Notes: generated by a model not told the origin, from the sequence alone. A stretch of DNA of 64,000 nt from Candidatus Gastranaerophilales bacterium (GCA_944326465.1 CALVEB010000004.1:21717-85716), one strand, 5' to 3'. Numbered from the stretch's first letter, positions 9,537 to 18,821 are shown. Made by a program: numbers and translations.

Positions 9537-9866
9537 ATGGGAAAAAATTATATACAAACAAATTTAGGGCAAAAAATAAAGAAATTGAGAAAATTGAAAG
9601 GATACAGTCAAGAGGTATTTGCTGAAAAAATTGGGATTGCTACAAATTCATTGAGTAGTATTGAAACAGGTAATTCTTTTATGACATCAAATACCCTTGA
9701 TAAAATTACTAAAGAGCTAGAAATTTCATTAAATGAACTTTTTGACTTTGATGATTGCCAATCAAATAAAGATATGTACACTTTTATAATTAATAAATTG
9801 AATTATTTGAAAAATAATGAAGAAAAAATAACGTTAATTTATAAAATAGTTAAAGCGATATTTTAA
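9537..9866 (+). CDS. XRE-family HTH transcriptional regulator
   Basis: LGQKIKKLRKLKGYSQEVFAEKIGIATNSLSSIETG. Paralog of 45481..45804, including the C-terminal extension. Confidence 0.85.
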   Translation: MGKNYIQTNLGQKIKKLRKLKGYSQEVFAEKIGIATNSLSSIETGNSFMTSNTLDKITKELEISLNELFDFDDCQSNKDMYTFIINKLNYLKNNEEKITLIYKIVKAIF

Positions 9867-9991
9867 AATTGAGAATTATTTATAACTTTTTAAGTTATCG
9901 ACTGTATTATAAGGCGTCAGATAAGACTGTTTAAGAACTATATTTTCTATAATTGATACATTTACTAATACCAAGATTATAATTGTGACAG

Positions 9992-10020
9992 TTGACTTGT
10001 TGTATCTTTTTCGATACAAT
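9992..10020 (+). promoter_or_regulatory. Sigma-70-type promoter of the toxin-antidote operon; geometry implies a leaderless mRNA
   Basis: TTGACT (9992-9997), 17-nt spacer, TACAAT (10015-10020). ATG 10027 lies 7 nt after the -10 element and has no SD sequence. Confidence 0.5.
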
Positions 10021-10026
10021 ATAACT

Positions 10027-10344
10027 ATGAAAGAAATTATTTATTATAAGACTTATGATAATAAATGCCCTTATCTTGAATGGTATAATTCATTAGATAA
10101 AAGTGTCAGGTTAATAATTGACAGAAGAATAGACCGCGTAAGATTAGGGAATTTAGGCAAACATAAAAAATTTGATAATTTGACAGAAATAAAATTTATT
10201 TAAGGTGCAGGTTATCGAATTTATGCATACGAATATGATAATGTAGTAATTATATTTTTATCAGCAGGAGATAAGTCAAAACAATCAAAAGACATTGAAC
10301 TTGCGAAGAAATATTTACAAGAATTTAAAGAAAGGTATGAATAA
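10027..10344 (+). pseudogene. Addiction-module killer protein (HI1419/RelE-ParE-like) interrupted by an in-frame TAA at 10201-10203
   Basis: MKEIIYYKTYDNKCPYLEWYNSL...LTEIKFI*GAGYRIYAYEYDNVVIIFLSAGDKSKQSKDIELAKKYLQEFKERYE. The same frame continues on both sides of the stop, and the family motif G-x-GYRIY lies directly after it. Confidence 0.75.
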
Positions 10345-10660
10345 AATGGATATAGAAAAAATCAAATCAGAAAATATAACTCACGAAGAACACATGAATA
10401 ATGTTTTGCAAGATATAGAATATCAAAAAATGTATTTAGATGCAGCTATACAAGATTTTATCACTGAAGGTGATTATGATTTATTTTTTCAGTCTTTAGA
10501 ACAAGTTGTTAAGGCACGCATGAGTATAAGTGAATTTTCACAAAAAACAGGAATAACAAGAGCCGCATTATACGAAATGTTCAAGGGTGAACGTGTGCCG
10601 AGATTAGATACAATCGGCAAATTATTAAAAGAACTCGGATTTTCTTTACATGTTGCCTGA
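10337..10660 (+). CDS. Addiction-module antidote protein (HI1420/HigA-like HTH)
   Basis: MNKMDIEKIKSENITHEEHMNNVLQD...SISEFSQKTGITRAALYEMFKGERVPRLDTIGKLLKELGFSLHVA. ATG 10337 overlaps the toxin stop (ATGAATAA). Confidence 0.8.
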   Translation: MNKMDIEKIKSENITHEEHMNNVLQDIEYQKMYLDAAIQDFITEGDYDLFFQSLEQVVKARMSISEFSQKTGITRAALYEMFKGERVPRLDTIGKLLKELGFSLHVA

Positions 10661-10814
10661 TTACAGTTTCATACCCTTAGAAAGTCTATATTAGATTGTG
10701 ACTGTAAAAAAACACATAGACACTTTGTGTTGGGTAGAAACCCCAACGTACAACTATTTTGTGGAAAAATTGAGGTAGTTATACTCCAAAACTTCAGGCT
10801 ACCATTTAATTATT

Positions 10815-10850
10815 GTCGGATTAGTAAATCCGACCTACGTTACTTTTTTT
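10815..10850 (+). terminator. Hairpin plus T-run downstream of the toxin-antitoxin operon
   Basis: GTCGGATT-agta-AATCCGAC (10815-10834), followed by a T-run a few nt later. Confidence 0.4.
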
Positions 10851-10880
10851 ATTTATACAAATAAAGAGGCACATAATGTT

Positions 10881-11102
10881 TTGAAAGAAATTACATCAGC
10901 TTGTAAAAATACACGAGTTTCTGAATTTTGCGAAAAATATACTGATCCTAAAATGATAGCAATTGCAATGAATGCAAAGATAGGAGTGGCATTAGATAAA
11001 GGACTTGAAAAGCAATATAATAATGCAATTACATATGAAATTAAAAATTTATCTGAATTAGGTGAGATTGCACAAAAAATAAGAAAGGCAGACAAGAAGT
11101 AG
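10881..11102 (+). CDS. Hypothetical small protein (TTG start); uncertain
   Basis: 73-aa ORF with an AAAGAGG RBS about 11 nt upstream, followed by the hairpin GTTGGGC-tttca-GCCCAAC. I recognise no homology. Confidence 0.3.
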   Translation: MKEITSACKNTRVSEFCEKYTDPKMIAIAMNAKIGVALDKGLEKQYNNAITYEIKNLSELGEIAQKIRKADKK

Positions 11103-11167
11103 GTTGGGCTTTCAGCCCAACAATAAATTGGAGCAATAAAAAACTCCCCGTAGGGAGTCGATATTAA

Positions 11168-11244
11168 TGGGGCGTCTGATGGGATTCGAACCCATGCATA
11201 TCGGAACCACAATCCGAGGTCTTAACCGCTTGACGACAGACGCC
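11168..11244 (-). tRNA. tRNA-His (anticodon GUG), with G-1 and an encoded CCA
   Basis: The reverse complement GGCGTCTGTCGTCAAGCGGTTAAGACCTCGGATTGTGGTTCCGATATGCATGGGTTCGAATCCCATCAGACGCCCCA folds as a cloverleaf. The acceptor stem is GCGTCTG/CAGACGC, the anticodon stem is TCGGA/TCCGA with loop TTGTGGT, and the T-arm is ATGGG-TTCGAAT-CCCAT. The extra 5' G pairs with discriminator C, which is the tRNA-His hallmark. Confidence 0.9.
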
Positions 11245-11337
11245 ACTAGCTACATATTCATATTATCATAAAAAAATTTTTTGTCCATATCTCTTATAAA
11301 AAAATTCCGCCCTTTCGGACGGAATTTTTATTTATAT

Positions 11338-12087
11338 TTAACTTATCCTCTGAAACATATACCCGATACCGCGTGCCGTTAATATCAATTCCGGATTCGC
11401 AGGATCTGTCTCAAGTTTTGAACGTAATCTTGATATATGTACGTCAACAACCCTTGTATCTATTCGGTGATCAGGCGGATATGCCCATACATGCTGCAAT
11501 ATTTCGTTTCGAGAAAATGCCTGACCTGAATTGTTTACAAGCAATTCCAACAAACTGAATTCCATGCCTGTCAAACGTATCCTTTCATTCTTTCTGAATA
11601 CCTGACGACGCGCTGTATCTATCTTAATATTTCCGGTAGTTATTACGTTTTTGGTAACCTTTCCGGCAGGCGCAACCGTTTCTCTATTATTCGTACGTCT
11701 TAACACAGCTTTTACACGAGCTTCCAGTTCCTTAGGTGAAAATGGTTTGATAACATAATCATCTGCACCTAATTCTAATCCTGTTATACGTTCTGACACG
11801 TCGCCCAACGCTGTTAAAATAATTATAGGCACGTCTGATGTACGTCTTATTTCTCTTGTTACTCCGTATCCGTCCATCTTAGGCATCATTACGTCAAGAA
11901 CAACCAGATCAGGATTGTATTTGTTGAACGCATTTACAGCTTCTTCACCATCGGCTGCTGTATAAACATCGTAACCCGCCATCTTTAATCGTGTTTCGAG
12001 TATTCTTCTGATACTTGCTTCGTCGTCCGCTAATAATATGCGTTGACGATCTTCTGTTTCGTTGGCAATTTCAGTGTTTTCTGTCAT
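11338..12087 (-). CDS. OmpR-family response regulator (RpaB/Ycf27-like); orphan
   Basis: RILLADDEASIRRILETRLKMAGYDVYTAADGEEA...DLVVLDVMMPKMDGYGV...KPFSPKELEARVKAVLRR plus a winged-helix C-terminus. Start trimmed to ATG 12087. No kinase gene is adjacent. Confidence 0.9.
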   Translation of the reverse strand: MTENTEIANETEDRQRILLADDEASIRRILETRLKMAGYDVYTAADGEEAVNAFNKYNPDLVVLDVMMPKMDGYGVTREIRRTSDVPIIILTALGDVSERITGLELGADDYVIKPFSPKELEARVKAVLRRTNNRETVAPAGKVTKNVITTGNIKIDTARRQVFRKNERIRLTGMEFSLLELLVNNSGQAFSRNEILQHVWAYPPDHRIDTRVVDVHISRLRSKLETDPANPELILTARGIGYMFQRIS

Positions 12088-12267
12088 AGTTTTTTCCTTT
12101 AAATAAAATTCTTGCACCACCAAATACTTCAAAAAGCAATTATTACAAAATATTTATTTATTTTAAATTATTTGAATAATTATAACGATATATTAACCTA
12201 ATTTCGTAAAAAATGCAAGCACTTTTTTAAAAAAAATAGAAATTTTTATTAATTGTTTTTTTAAACT

Positions 12268-13005
12268 TTACGCAAATTGCGCAGCTATAATCTTTTTAAA
12301 TTTTTCCAAATCTTCTGCCGTGTCAATTCCAACCGGTGTAAAGTCTACTACAGATGTTTTTATACGCATCCCGTTTTGCAATGCCCGCAACTGTTCCAAA
12401 CTTTCTGACAATTCAAGCATTGATTGAGACAATTCTGTCATTTTAAGTAATGCAGCACGTTTATACCCGTAAATTCCCAGATGACCGTAGAATTTAGCAT
12501 GCCCCTCGTTGCGCTCAAAAGGTATTTTGGAACGTGAAAAATACAATGCATAACCATTGTTATCAATTACACATTTTACCTGATTAGGATTTTCTATTTC
12601 TTTTTTGTCTGTTAAAATCCTGATTAAGGTTGATATATCCGCGCTTTCATCATCTCTTACATTTTTGATAACCTCATCAATGCTTTCAGATTTAATCAGC
12701 GGCTCATCTCCCTGAAGATTTACTATATAATCTATTTCCGGGTGACGTTTTACAACTTCTGCAATGCGGTCGCTGCCGCTGTTATGGTGCTCGGAAGTCA
12801 TTTCGGCCTCTGCTCCGAACATAAGCGCTGTATTATAAATTTCTTCGCTATCAGTCGCAATTATAACTCTATCTGCCAGATTAGCCTTGACTGCTTTTTC
12901 AAAAACCCATTGAATAATAGGTTTTCCGTTAACTTCAATCAAAGGTTTTCCTTTTAATCTGCTGGATCCGTATCTTGCAGGTATTATAATTGCTGTTTGC
13001 CCCAT
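12268..13005 (-). CDS. kdsB: 3-deoxy-manno-octulosonate cytidylyltransferase (CMP-KDO synthetase)
   Basis: AIIIPARYGSSRLKGKPL...VNLQGDEPLI...LEQLRALQNG are family motifs. Confidence 0.9.
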   Translation of the reverse strand: MGQTAIIIPARYGSSRLKGKPLIEVNGKPIIQWVFEKAVKANLADRVIIATDSEEIYNTALMFGAEAEMTSEHHNSGSDRIAEVVKRHPEIDYIVNLQGDEPLIKSESIDEVIKNVRDDESADISTLIRILTDKKEIENPNQVKCVIDNNGYALYFSRSKIPFERNEGHAKFYGHLGIYGYKRAALLKMTELSQSMLELSESLEQLRALQNGMRIKTSVVDFTPVGIDTAEDLEKFKKIIAAQFA

Positions 13006-13014
13006 ATTTCTCTC

Positions 13015-13914
13015 CTAACTTTTTCTTACTATCAATGCAACCCACTGGTTTTGATGCATTTCTTCAACTAATTCCAACCCGTGTTTTTGTACAGCCTCTA
13101 ACACAACTTTCTTTTTTTCATCAAGTATGCCGCTTAAAACCATATATGCCCCATCTTTCATAATGTTTTTCAAATCACCCATGATATTAGCCAGAACATT
13201 ATGAAGAATATTTGCCAGTACAAAATCATATTTATCAGTAAGTTTATCTGCCGTATTTAATTCAAATACGCACTGAACATTATTTTTCACCGCATTTTCT
13301 TTAGCAACATCAATAACGGTTTCATCATTGTCGCAGCCGTAAACTGTTGCGGCTCCGAATTTTTTAGCACAAATTGCTAAAATTCCTGATCCTGTACCGA
13401 TATCTGCCACATTTGCATTCTTCTGCATATATTTTTCAATAGCTTTCATACAAAGCTGTGTTGTTGAGTGTGTTCCTGTTCCAAAAGCACATCCCGGCTC
13501 CATTCTTATGACAATTTCATCAGACACCGGACAGTATTCAAGCCAGTCCGGCACAACAACAATACGGTCAGAAACGCGTGTAATATCCCACTTTTCTTTC
13601 CATTTTTTTGACCAATCCTGATTTTGGCATGCGATAACTTTGCATTCAAAGCTGCCTATTTCAGATTCTGATAATCCGCGTTCCTGTAATATATTTTTCA
13701 TGCCTGTAACAATATCGGAAAGCGCTTCCGGCGATTTTTCGTCCCTGATAAATACCCGCAAAGTTCCTTCGGTTGTTGATATCATTTCCAGATCTTTATA
13801 AGTTTCTTCTGCAAGTACTACGCCTTCGCAGTCAAAAGTTTCAAAGCACATTTCGGAAACAACATCTTCAATTTCCGGATTAATCTTTATTTGTAACTCA
13901 AAATAGTCAGTCAT
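13015..13914 (-). CDS. prmA: Ribosomal protein L11 methyltransferase
   Basis: PGCAFGTGTHSTTQLCMKAIEKY...VADIGTGSGILAICAKKFGA...GCDNDETVIDVAKENA. Confidence 0.9.
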   Translation of the reverse strand: MTDYFELQIKINPEIEDVVSEMCFETFDCEGVVLAEETYKDLEMISTTEGTLRVFIRDEKSPEALSDIVTGMKNILQERGLSESEIGSFECKVIACQNQDWSKKWKEKWDITRVSDRIVVVPDWLEYCPVSDEIVIRMEPGCAFGTGTHSTTQLCMKAIEKYMQKNANVADIGTGSGILAICAKKFGAATVYGCDNDETVIDVAKENAVKNNVQCVFELNTADKLTDKYDFVLANILHNVLANIMGDLKNIMKDGAYMVLSGILDEKKKVVLEAVQKHGLELVEEMHQNQWVALIVRKS

Positions 13915-14867
13915 TATTCTAAAAACGCACCCATTTTTCTGAATTTTTCATAACGTTTATTCTTTAATTCTTCCACAGAATATTTGGATAATTCTTCCAA
14001 ACTGTTAAGAATAGTCTTTTTCATTTCTGCAGAAATCGCGTCATAATCCACGTGCGCCCCGCCTAAAGGTTCTTTTATTTCTCCGTCTATTATATCAAAT
14101 TTCATCAAATCCGGAGCGGTAATTTTTAACGCATCTGCTGCATCACTTGCGCGGGAAGCATCACGCCATAAAATTGACGCACAGCCTTCCGGTGAAATAA
14201 CAGTGTAATAAGCATGCTCAAGCAGAAAAACTCTGTCTGCAACAGCAAGCCCTAAAGCACCGCCGGAACAGCCTTCACCTGATACAATAGCTATAACAGG
14301 CACTTTCAATTTTGCCATATCGCGAAGGTTAACAGCAATAGCACGTCCCTGATTAGTTTCTTCAGCGCTTATTCCCGGATATGCCCCGGGCGTGTCAATA
14401 ATTGTGATAACAGGGATATTAAATTTGCTGGCATGTTTGAATAATCTTAATGCTTTTCTATACCCTTGCGGCTGCGGCATCCCGAAATTATATTCCAGAT
14501 TTTCTTTGGTAGATTTACCTTTCATTGTCCCGATAATCATGACGGGTTTTCCGTCGATTTTAGCGAGCCCGCCTATTATTGCGCGGTCATCCATGCCGTC
14601 ACGGTCACCGTGTAATTCTATAAAATCCGTACAAATTCGGTTTACATAATCCAGAAAATTCGGGCGTTCAGGATGTCTTGCTATCTGTAACTTTTGAGAT
14701 GGCTTCAGATTTGCATACAACTCTTTTTTGTAATCATCTGCCTGTTTTTCAAAAGTTTCTATTTCTTTGTTTAGATCCATGCCGGATTCCAGACTTATTT
14801 TTTTCAATTCTTCTATTTTCTCCTGAATTTCCGCAATTGGTTTTTCAAAATCCAAAACTGCTGTCAT
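13914..14867 (-). CDS. accA: Acetyl-CoA carboxylase carboxyltransferase alpha subunit
   Basis: 317 aa. QIARHPERPNFLDY...IDTPGAYPG..AEE.GQ..AIA are family motifs. Confidence 0.95.
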   Translation of the reverse strand: MTAVLDFEKPIAEIQEKIEELKKISLESGMDLNKEIETFEKQADDYKKELYANLKPSQKLQIARHPERPNFLDYVNRICTDFIELHGDRDGMDDRAIIGGLAKIDGKPVMIIGTMKGKSTKENLEYNFGMPQPQGYRKALRLFKHASKFNIPVITIIDTPGAYPGISAEETNQGRAIAVNLRDMAKLKVPVIAIVSGEGCSGGALGLAVADRVFLLEHAYYTVISPEGCASILWRDASRASDAADALKITAPDLMKFDIIDGEIKEPLGGAHVDYDAISAEMKKTILNSLEELSKYSVEELKNKRYEKFRKMGAFLE

Positions 14868-14895
14868 TATTATCTACCTCATTAAATATATCTTT

Positions 14896-15759
14896 TTATT
14901 CGTGCATAGAAAGTATGTTACCAAGAACTTTACGTAAATCTTTACGTGCAGAGACAACATCGACCTGACCGTATTTCATCAGATATTCTGCTGTCTGGAA
15001 GTCAGACGGGAGTTTTTGTCTTATAGTCTGCTCAATAACGCGTCTGCCTGCAAATCCTATTCTTGCACCTTGTTCTGCAACTATAATATCTCCGAGCATG
15101 CCAAAGCTTGCCGTAACACCGCCAAATGTAGGTTCTGTCAGTAAGTTGATGTATAAAAGGCCTTCATCATCAAGTCTTGAACATGCACAGGATGTTTTTG
15201 CCATTTGCATAAGGCTTAATGCACTTTCCTGCATTCTTGCGCCGCCGGAAGATGTGACCACAAGAACAGGAAGTCTTAATTCTATTGCTTTTTCTATTAT
15301 TCTGGTAACTTTTTCTCCGACAACGCTGCCCATAGATCCGCCCATAAAGTCAAAATCCATAACGGCTGCTGCAACTTTATGACCTTCAATTGCGCCGATG
15401 CCGGTTATTACTGCGTCATTAAGACCTGTTTTGCCCTGAGCACGTTCCAGACGTTCTTTGTAAGATTCTGTATCGACAAATTCAAGCGGGTCTGTTGGTT
15501 TTATTTCAGAGAACAATTCTTCAAAAGAGCCTTCGTCAAATAATTGCGATATGCGCTTTCTTGCGTTTATTCTAAAATGGTAGTCGCAAACAGGGCAAAC
15601 CATCATATTATCTTCCAGATCCTTTTTCAAAAGCTGCGCATCGCAATGTACACATTTTGTCCATAAATCAGGATCCATATCTACTTCAACACGTGCTTCC
15701 ATTGCGCGGCGTTGAATTTGTGCCTCCTTACGTTTTTCGAACCAATCTTGAATTGTCAT
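14896..15759 (-). CDS. accD: Acetyl-CoA carboxylase carboxyltransferase beta subunit
   Basis: N-terminal Zn ribbon CVHCDAQL...CPVCDYH followed by a carboxyltransferase domain with MDFDFMGGSMGSVVGEK. Confidence 0.95.
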   Translation of the reverse strand: MTIQDWFEKRKEAQIQRRAMEARVEVDMDPDLWTKCVHCDAQLLKKDLEDNMMVCPVCDYHFRINARKRISQLFDEGSFEELFSEIKPTDPLEFVDTESYKERLERAQGKTGLNDAVITGIGAIEGHKVAAAVMDFDFMGGSMGSVVGEKVTRIIEKAIELRLPVLVVTSSGGARMQESALSLMQMAKTSCACSRLDDEGLLYINLLTEPTFGGVTASFGMLGDIIVAEQGARIGFAGRRVIEQTIRQKLPSDFQTAEYLMKYGQVDVVSARKDLRKVLGNILSMHE

Positions 15760-15835
15760 AATTTTATATCCCTATTATAAAAATCATTTATTATACAACA
15801 GTATTATAGCGCAAAAATAAAAGTTGGCAATAATC

Positions 15836-16642
15836 CTATTCATTTTTAGGCGGGTTAACAAAGAATTTACGCATATCTTCGGAGATTTTTACGTTTTGTA
15901 AAGCCATGTGATATTTTCTGATAAGAGCTATCCTATCCTGTTCTTCGAGCAGATCTCTGGTCTGGACATTAACGCTGTTTTTGACTTTTTCAAATTCAGT
16001 CGGAGATTTTTTGTTCATTATTTTACTTATAACTTCATCGAGATCGCTGCCTCCGACATTGTATTTTGAGGCAATTTCGGATACTGTCGCCCCCTGAGGC
16101 AGACTGTACAGCCATTTGAGGGTTAATTTGTCGCCTTTTGAGATATGAATAACCCCTTTCTGGTGCGGTGTATACATAATATCAGCTTTATTATGACTGT
16201 GCCCTAAGCCTATAGCATGGCCTATTTCGTGTAAAATAGTATGATAAACTTCGTTTTCGTCCATATAATCGCTGTGTACAAGCCCCTCTGTAAGTCCGAT
16301 GGAAACTTCCGCGCCGTATAATCTGTTTGAGGCATCATAGCTGAAATAGCAATAACCGAGAGCTTTTCTTTCCACTCTTTTCCAATCAATATTAACACTG
16401 CTTTCCAGAAGAGTCTGTACTATTTGAAATTTTACTTTGCCCTCTGAAGCACGCTGCCATTCATCAAGCGCGCGTCTGACCATTTGATTATATCTATAGT
16501 CCTGTCCCTGTTTTGAATAGAATTTCATAGGCGCAATATAGACTTTTAGCGGCATAAATGTCCAGCGCATCAGGCGTCCGTTTTTTAATGATTCATTGAG
16601 ATACGTGTGCTTTTGCATATTTTTATTGTATAATAAAAACAT
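15836..16642 (-). CDS. Matrixin-like zinc metalloprotease
   Basis: HEIGHAIGLGHS zincin motif with a downstream Met-turn (IMY). The exact start is uncertain. Confidence 0.7.
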   Translation of the reverse strand: MFLLYNKNMQKHTYLNESLKNGRLMRWTFMPLKVYIAPMKFYSKQGQDYRYNQMVRRALDEWQRASEGKVKFQIVQTLLESSVNIDWKRVERKALGYCYFSYDASNRLYGAEVSIGLTEGLVHSDYMDENEVYHTILHEIGHAIGLGHSHNKADIMYTPHQKGVIHISKGDKLTLKWLYSLPQGATVSEIASKYNVGGSDLDEVISKIMNKKSPTEFEKVKNSVNVQTRDLLEEQDRIALIRKYHMALQNVKISEDMRKFFVNPPKNE

Positions 16643-16688
16643 AAGAATTTCTATATGTTAAGCATGACCGACCAGGAGGATATTGAAA

Positions 16689-17021
16689 ATGAATATTATG
16701 CAAATGATGAAACAGGCTCAAAACCTGCAAAAAAAATTAAAAGATACACAGGCAGAACTTGCAAACATTGAAATCACCGGAGAAGCTGCCGGCGGTGCCG
16801 TAAAAGTTATTTGCGACGGACAGGGCAAATTTAAATCAATAAAATTATCTCCGGAAGCAATTAATTCAGAAAATCCGTCTTCTGTTGATTCTGATTCTAT
16901 TGAAATGCTTGAGGATATCATTACATCAGCAATCCAACAGGCAAGCGAAAAAGCTACAAAACAAATGGAAGAAAAGATGAAAGCTGTAACAGGCGGACTT
17001 AATATTCCGGGATTATTCTAA
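16689..17021 (+). CDS. ybaB: Nucleoid-associated protein YbaB/EbfC
   Basis: MNIMQMMKQAQNLQKKLKDTQAELANIEITGEAAGGAVKVICDGQ. A GGAGG RBS precedes ATG 16689. It lies upstream of recR, which is the canonical arrangement. Confidence 0.9.
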   Translation: MNIMQMMKQAQNLQKKLKDTQAELANIEITGEAAGGAVKVICDGQGKFKSIKLSPEAINSENPSSVDSDSIEMLEDIITSAIQQASEKATKQMEEKMKAVTGGLNIPGLF

Positions 17022-17617
17022 TGATTTATCCAAAATCAATAGCTACATTAATAGAGCATTTTCAGAAATTCCCGTCAGTGGGGCCTAAATCTGCTCAACG
17101 TATGGCATTTTATCTTTTAAGGATGCCAATGAGTGAAGTACAAAAATTTGCTCAGAGTATTGTTGAAGCTAAGCAGAATACAAGAACCTGCGAAATATGT
17201 TTCAATTTGTCGTCAACCAGTCCGTGTGAAATTTGTCAATCAACAAGACGTGACAGAAGCACAATTTGTGTTGTTGCAGAAACCAAGGATTTAATCGCTA
17301 TTGAGAAAACCAATGAATACAAAGGATTATACCATGTACTGCAAGGTGTAATATCTCCTATGGATGGTATCGGAGCGGATGATATAAGAATAAAAGAATT
17401 ATTGAACCGTTTGACAAATGAAGATATAAAAGAAATAATTCTGGCACTAAGCCCTTCTGTAGAAGGCGAAGCCACAAGTTTATATTTAACAAAGTTAATA
17501 AAACCATTCGGAATTAAGATATCACGTATAGCCTTTGGATTACCTGTCGGGGCTGATCTTGAATATGCCGATGAAATAACTATAGCGCGTGCGATTGAAG
17601 GGCGGCGTGAACTCTAG
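17021..17617 (+). CDS. recR: Recombination protein RecR
   Basis: IEHFQKFPSVGPKSAQRMAFYLL, the C4 zinc finger CEICFNLS..CEIC, and a Toprim domain. Confidence 0.95.
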   Translation: MIYPKSIATLIEHFQKFPSVGPKSAQRMAFYLLRMPMSEVQKFAQSIVEAKQNTRTCEICFNLSSTSPCEICQSTRRDRSTICVVAETKDLIAIEKTNEYKGLYHVLQGVISPMDGIGADDIRIKELLNRLTNEDIKEIILALSPSVEGEATSLYLTKLIKPFGIKISRIAFGLPVGADLEYADEITIARAIEGRREL

Positions 17618-17648
17618 TTGTTTTGCTTGCAAACAAAAGTTTGCAGGT

Positions 17649-18821
17649 CTAAATCTCCGGATTACATCGTATTGATTTAAGCAATTCAATCATATAATTG
17701 GCAGAAACTCCGTATTGTCTTATATATTCTTTTCCGTTACGCCCTGTTACGTTAGCAACAGGGAAAAGTTTGTCAATAAACTTGATAAAATCCGTAAATT
17801 TCTTTTCATCAGTATCCAGTTCTGTTTTTACAGCAGCCGAAAATGATTTTTTATCAATAGTCTTAATAGCTTTTATAAGTTTCTTTTGCATTTGCGGCGT
17901 CAGTAAGTCGTAATATTCTCTAAAAAGTGTAAAGTCGGTTATTACAGCGACCATATCCAGATATGAATTCTGGTGCTGTGGTTTGTTTTTAGCAAAGTAA
18001 TCTATTACATTTAATCTGTTATTTTTATAATCAACCATCAAATTATTAGGATTTATAGAATCTATTTTAAAACCAGTCATAACGCTTGCCGGTGTTTTGC
18101 CTGCATTGTCAAGAATCTTTATTTGAAGAGCCAGATTATCAAAGGTTGATTGCGGCATATTCGCTATTTTTGTAACCTGATTGTAATAACGCAGGCTCTG
18201 CTGCTCGCTGACAGGCACGCCTTTTTTTATACCCGGATCCCATATTGTGGAAGACCAATTTTTTATAGAATGAGGTTCTCCGAAAACTTTTTTTAACAGC
18301 ATTATTCTAAAGTTTTGCGGATGTATCCATACAGGCTGACCTAAATTTACATTATCAGGAAACATATTTATCGGGAGTGTATCTGGATCAATATATGCCT
18401 GTGGTTTCAAAATTTTAAGTACATAGTTATCTAATACCGGTATATTGTATACAACAGAATTAGCCCCTGTGCCGCTAACATTTTCCGCCGGCGGATTATT
18501 TAAAAATTCTAAAAATCGTTCGTATTTATGATTGTAAGAAAGTTCTCCTTGTATGTTTTCCGGTAATGATTTTGCCAGCAGGGTATCCGGCAGCGGCGTA
18601 AATATATTTTTAGCAGCTTTTAAATTTTTCCTGTGTATTAAATATATTCCTGCACCGATTAGCGAAAGACCGGAGATAGCAATACCTGTTGTTTTATATA
18701 CATTTAACCGTTGCTCCGGACGCGAAACAGAAGTCTTTTCTTGATTATCGACTTTCTTAGCTGACTGCATTTGTACAGGTCTGCTGATAAAATTTATACC
18801 TCCTGCGGCGCTGATTCTCAT
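17649..18821 (-). CDS. Membrane-anchored atypical protein-kinase-like protein
   Basis: One TM segment (TTGIAISGLSLIGAGIYLI). GTGANSVVYNIPVLDNYVLKILK resembles a Gly-loop plus the VxK lysine. KIDSINPNNLMVD resembles the catalytic D..P.N loop. VIDYF resembles DFG. Confidence 0.5.
   Translation of the reverse strand: MRISAAGGINFISRPVQMQSAKKVDNQEKTSVSRPEQRLNVYKTTGIAISGLSLIGAGIYLIHRKNLKAAKNIFTPLPDTLLAKSLPENIQGELSYNHKYERFLEFLNNPPAENVSGTGANSVVYNIPVLDNYVLKILKPQAYIDPDTLPINMFPDNVNLGQPVWIHPQNFRIMLLKKVFGEPHSIKNWSSTIWDPGIKKGVPVSEQQSLRYYNQVTKIANMPQSTFDNLALQIKILDNAGKTPASVMTGFKIDSINPNNLMVDYKNNRLNVIDYFAKNKPQHQNSYLDMVAVITDFTLFREYYDLLTPQMQKKLIKAIKTIDKKSFSAAVKTELDTDEKKFTDFIKFIDKLFPVANVTGRNGKEYIRQYGVSANYMIELLKSIRCNPEI

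Noticed and set aside
10201-10203. TAA read as a sense codon (alternative genetic code)
   Set aside because: TAA is used as the normal stop by many well-defined genes in the window, for example the antidote genes, atp genes and radA. An isolated nonsense mutation is the simpler explanation.
10853-11212. 119-aa minus-strand ORF in the ORF track
   Set aside because: It overlaps the tRNA-His gene and hairpin-rich intergenic DNA, has no RBS, and has a hydrophobic low-complexity translation. It is most likely spurious.
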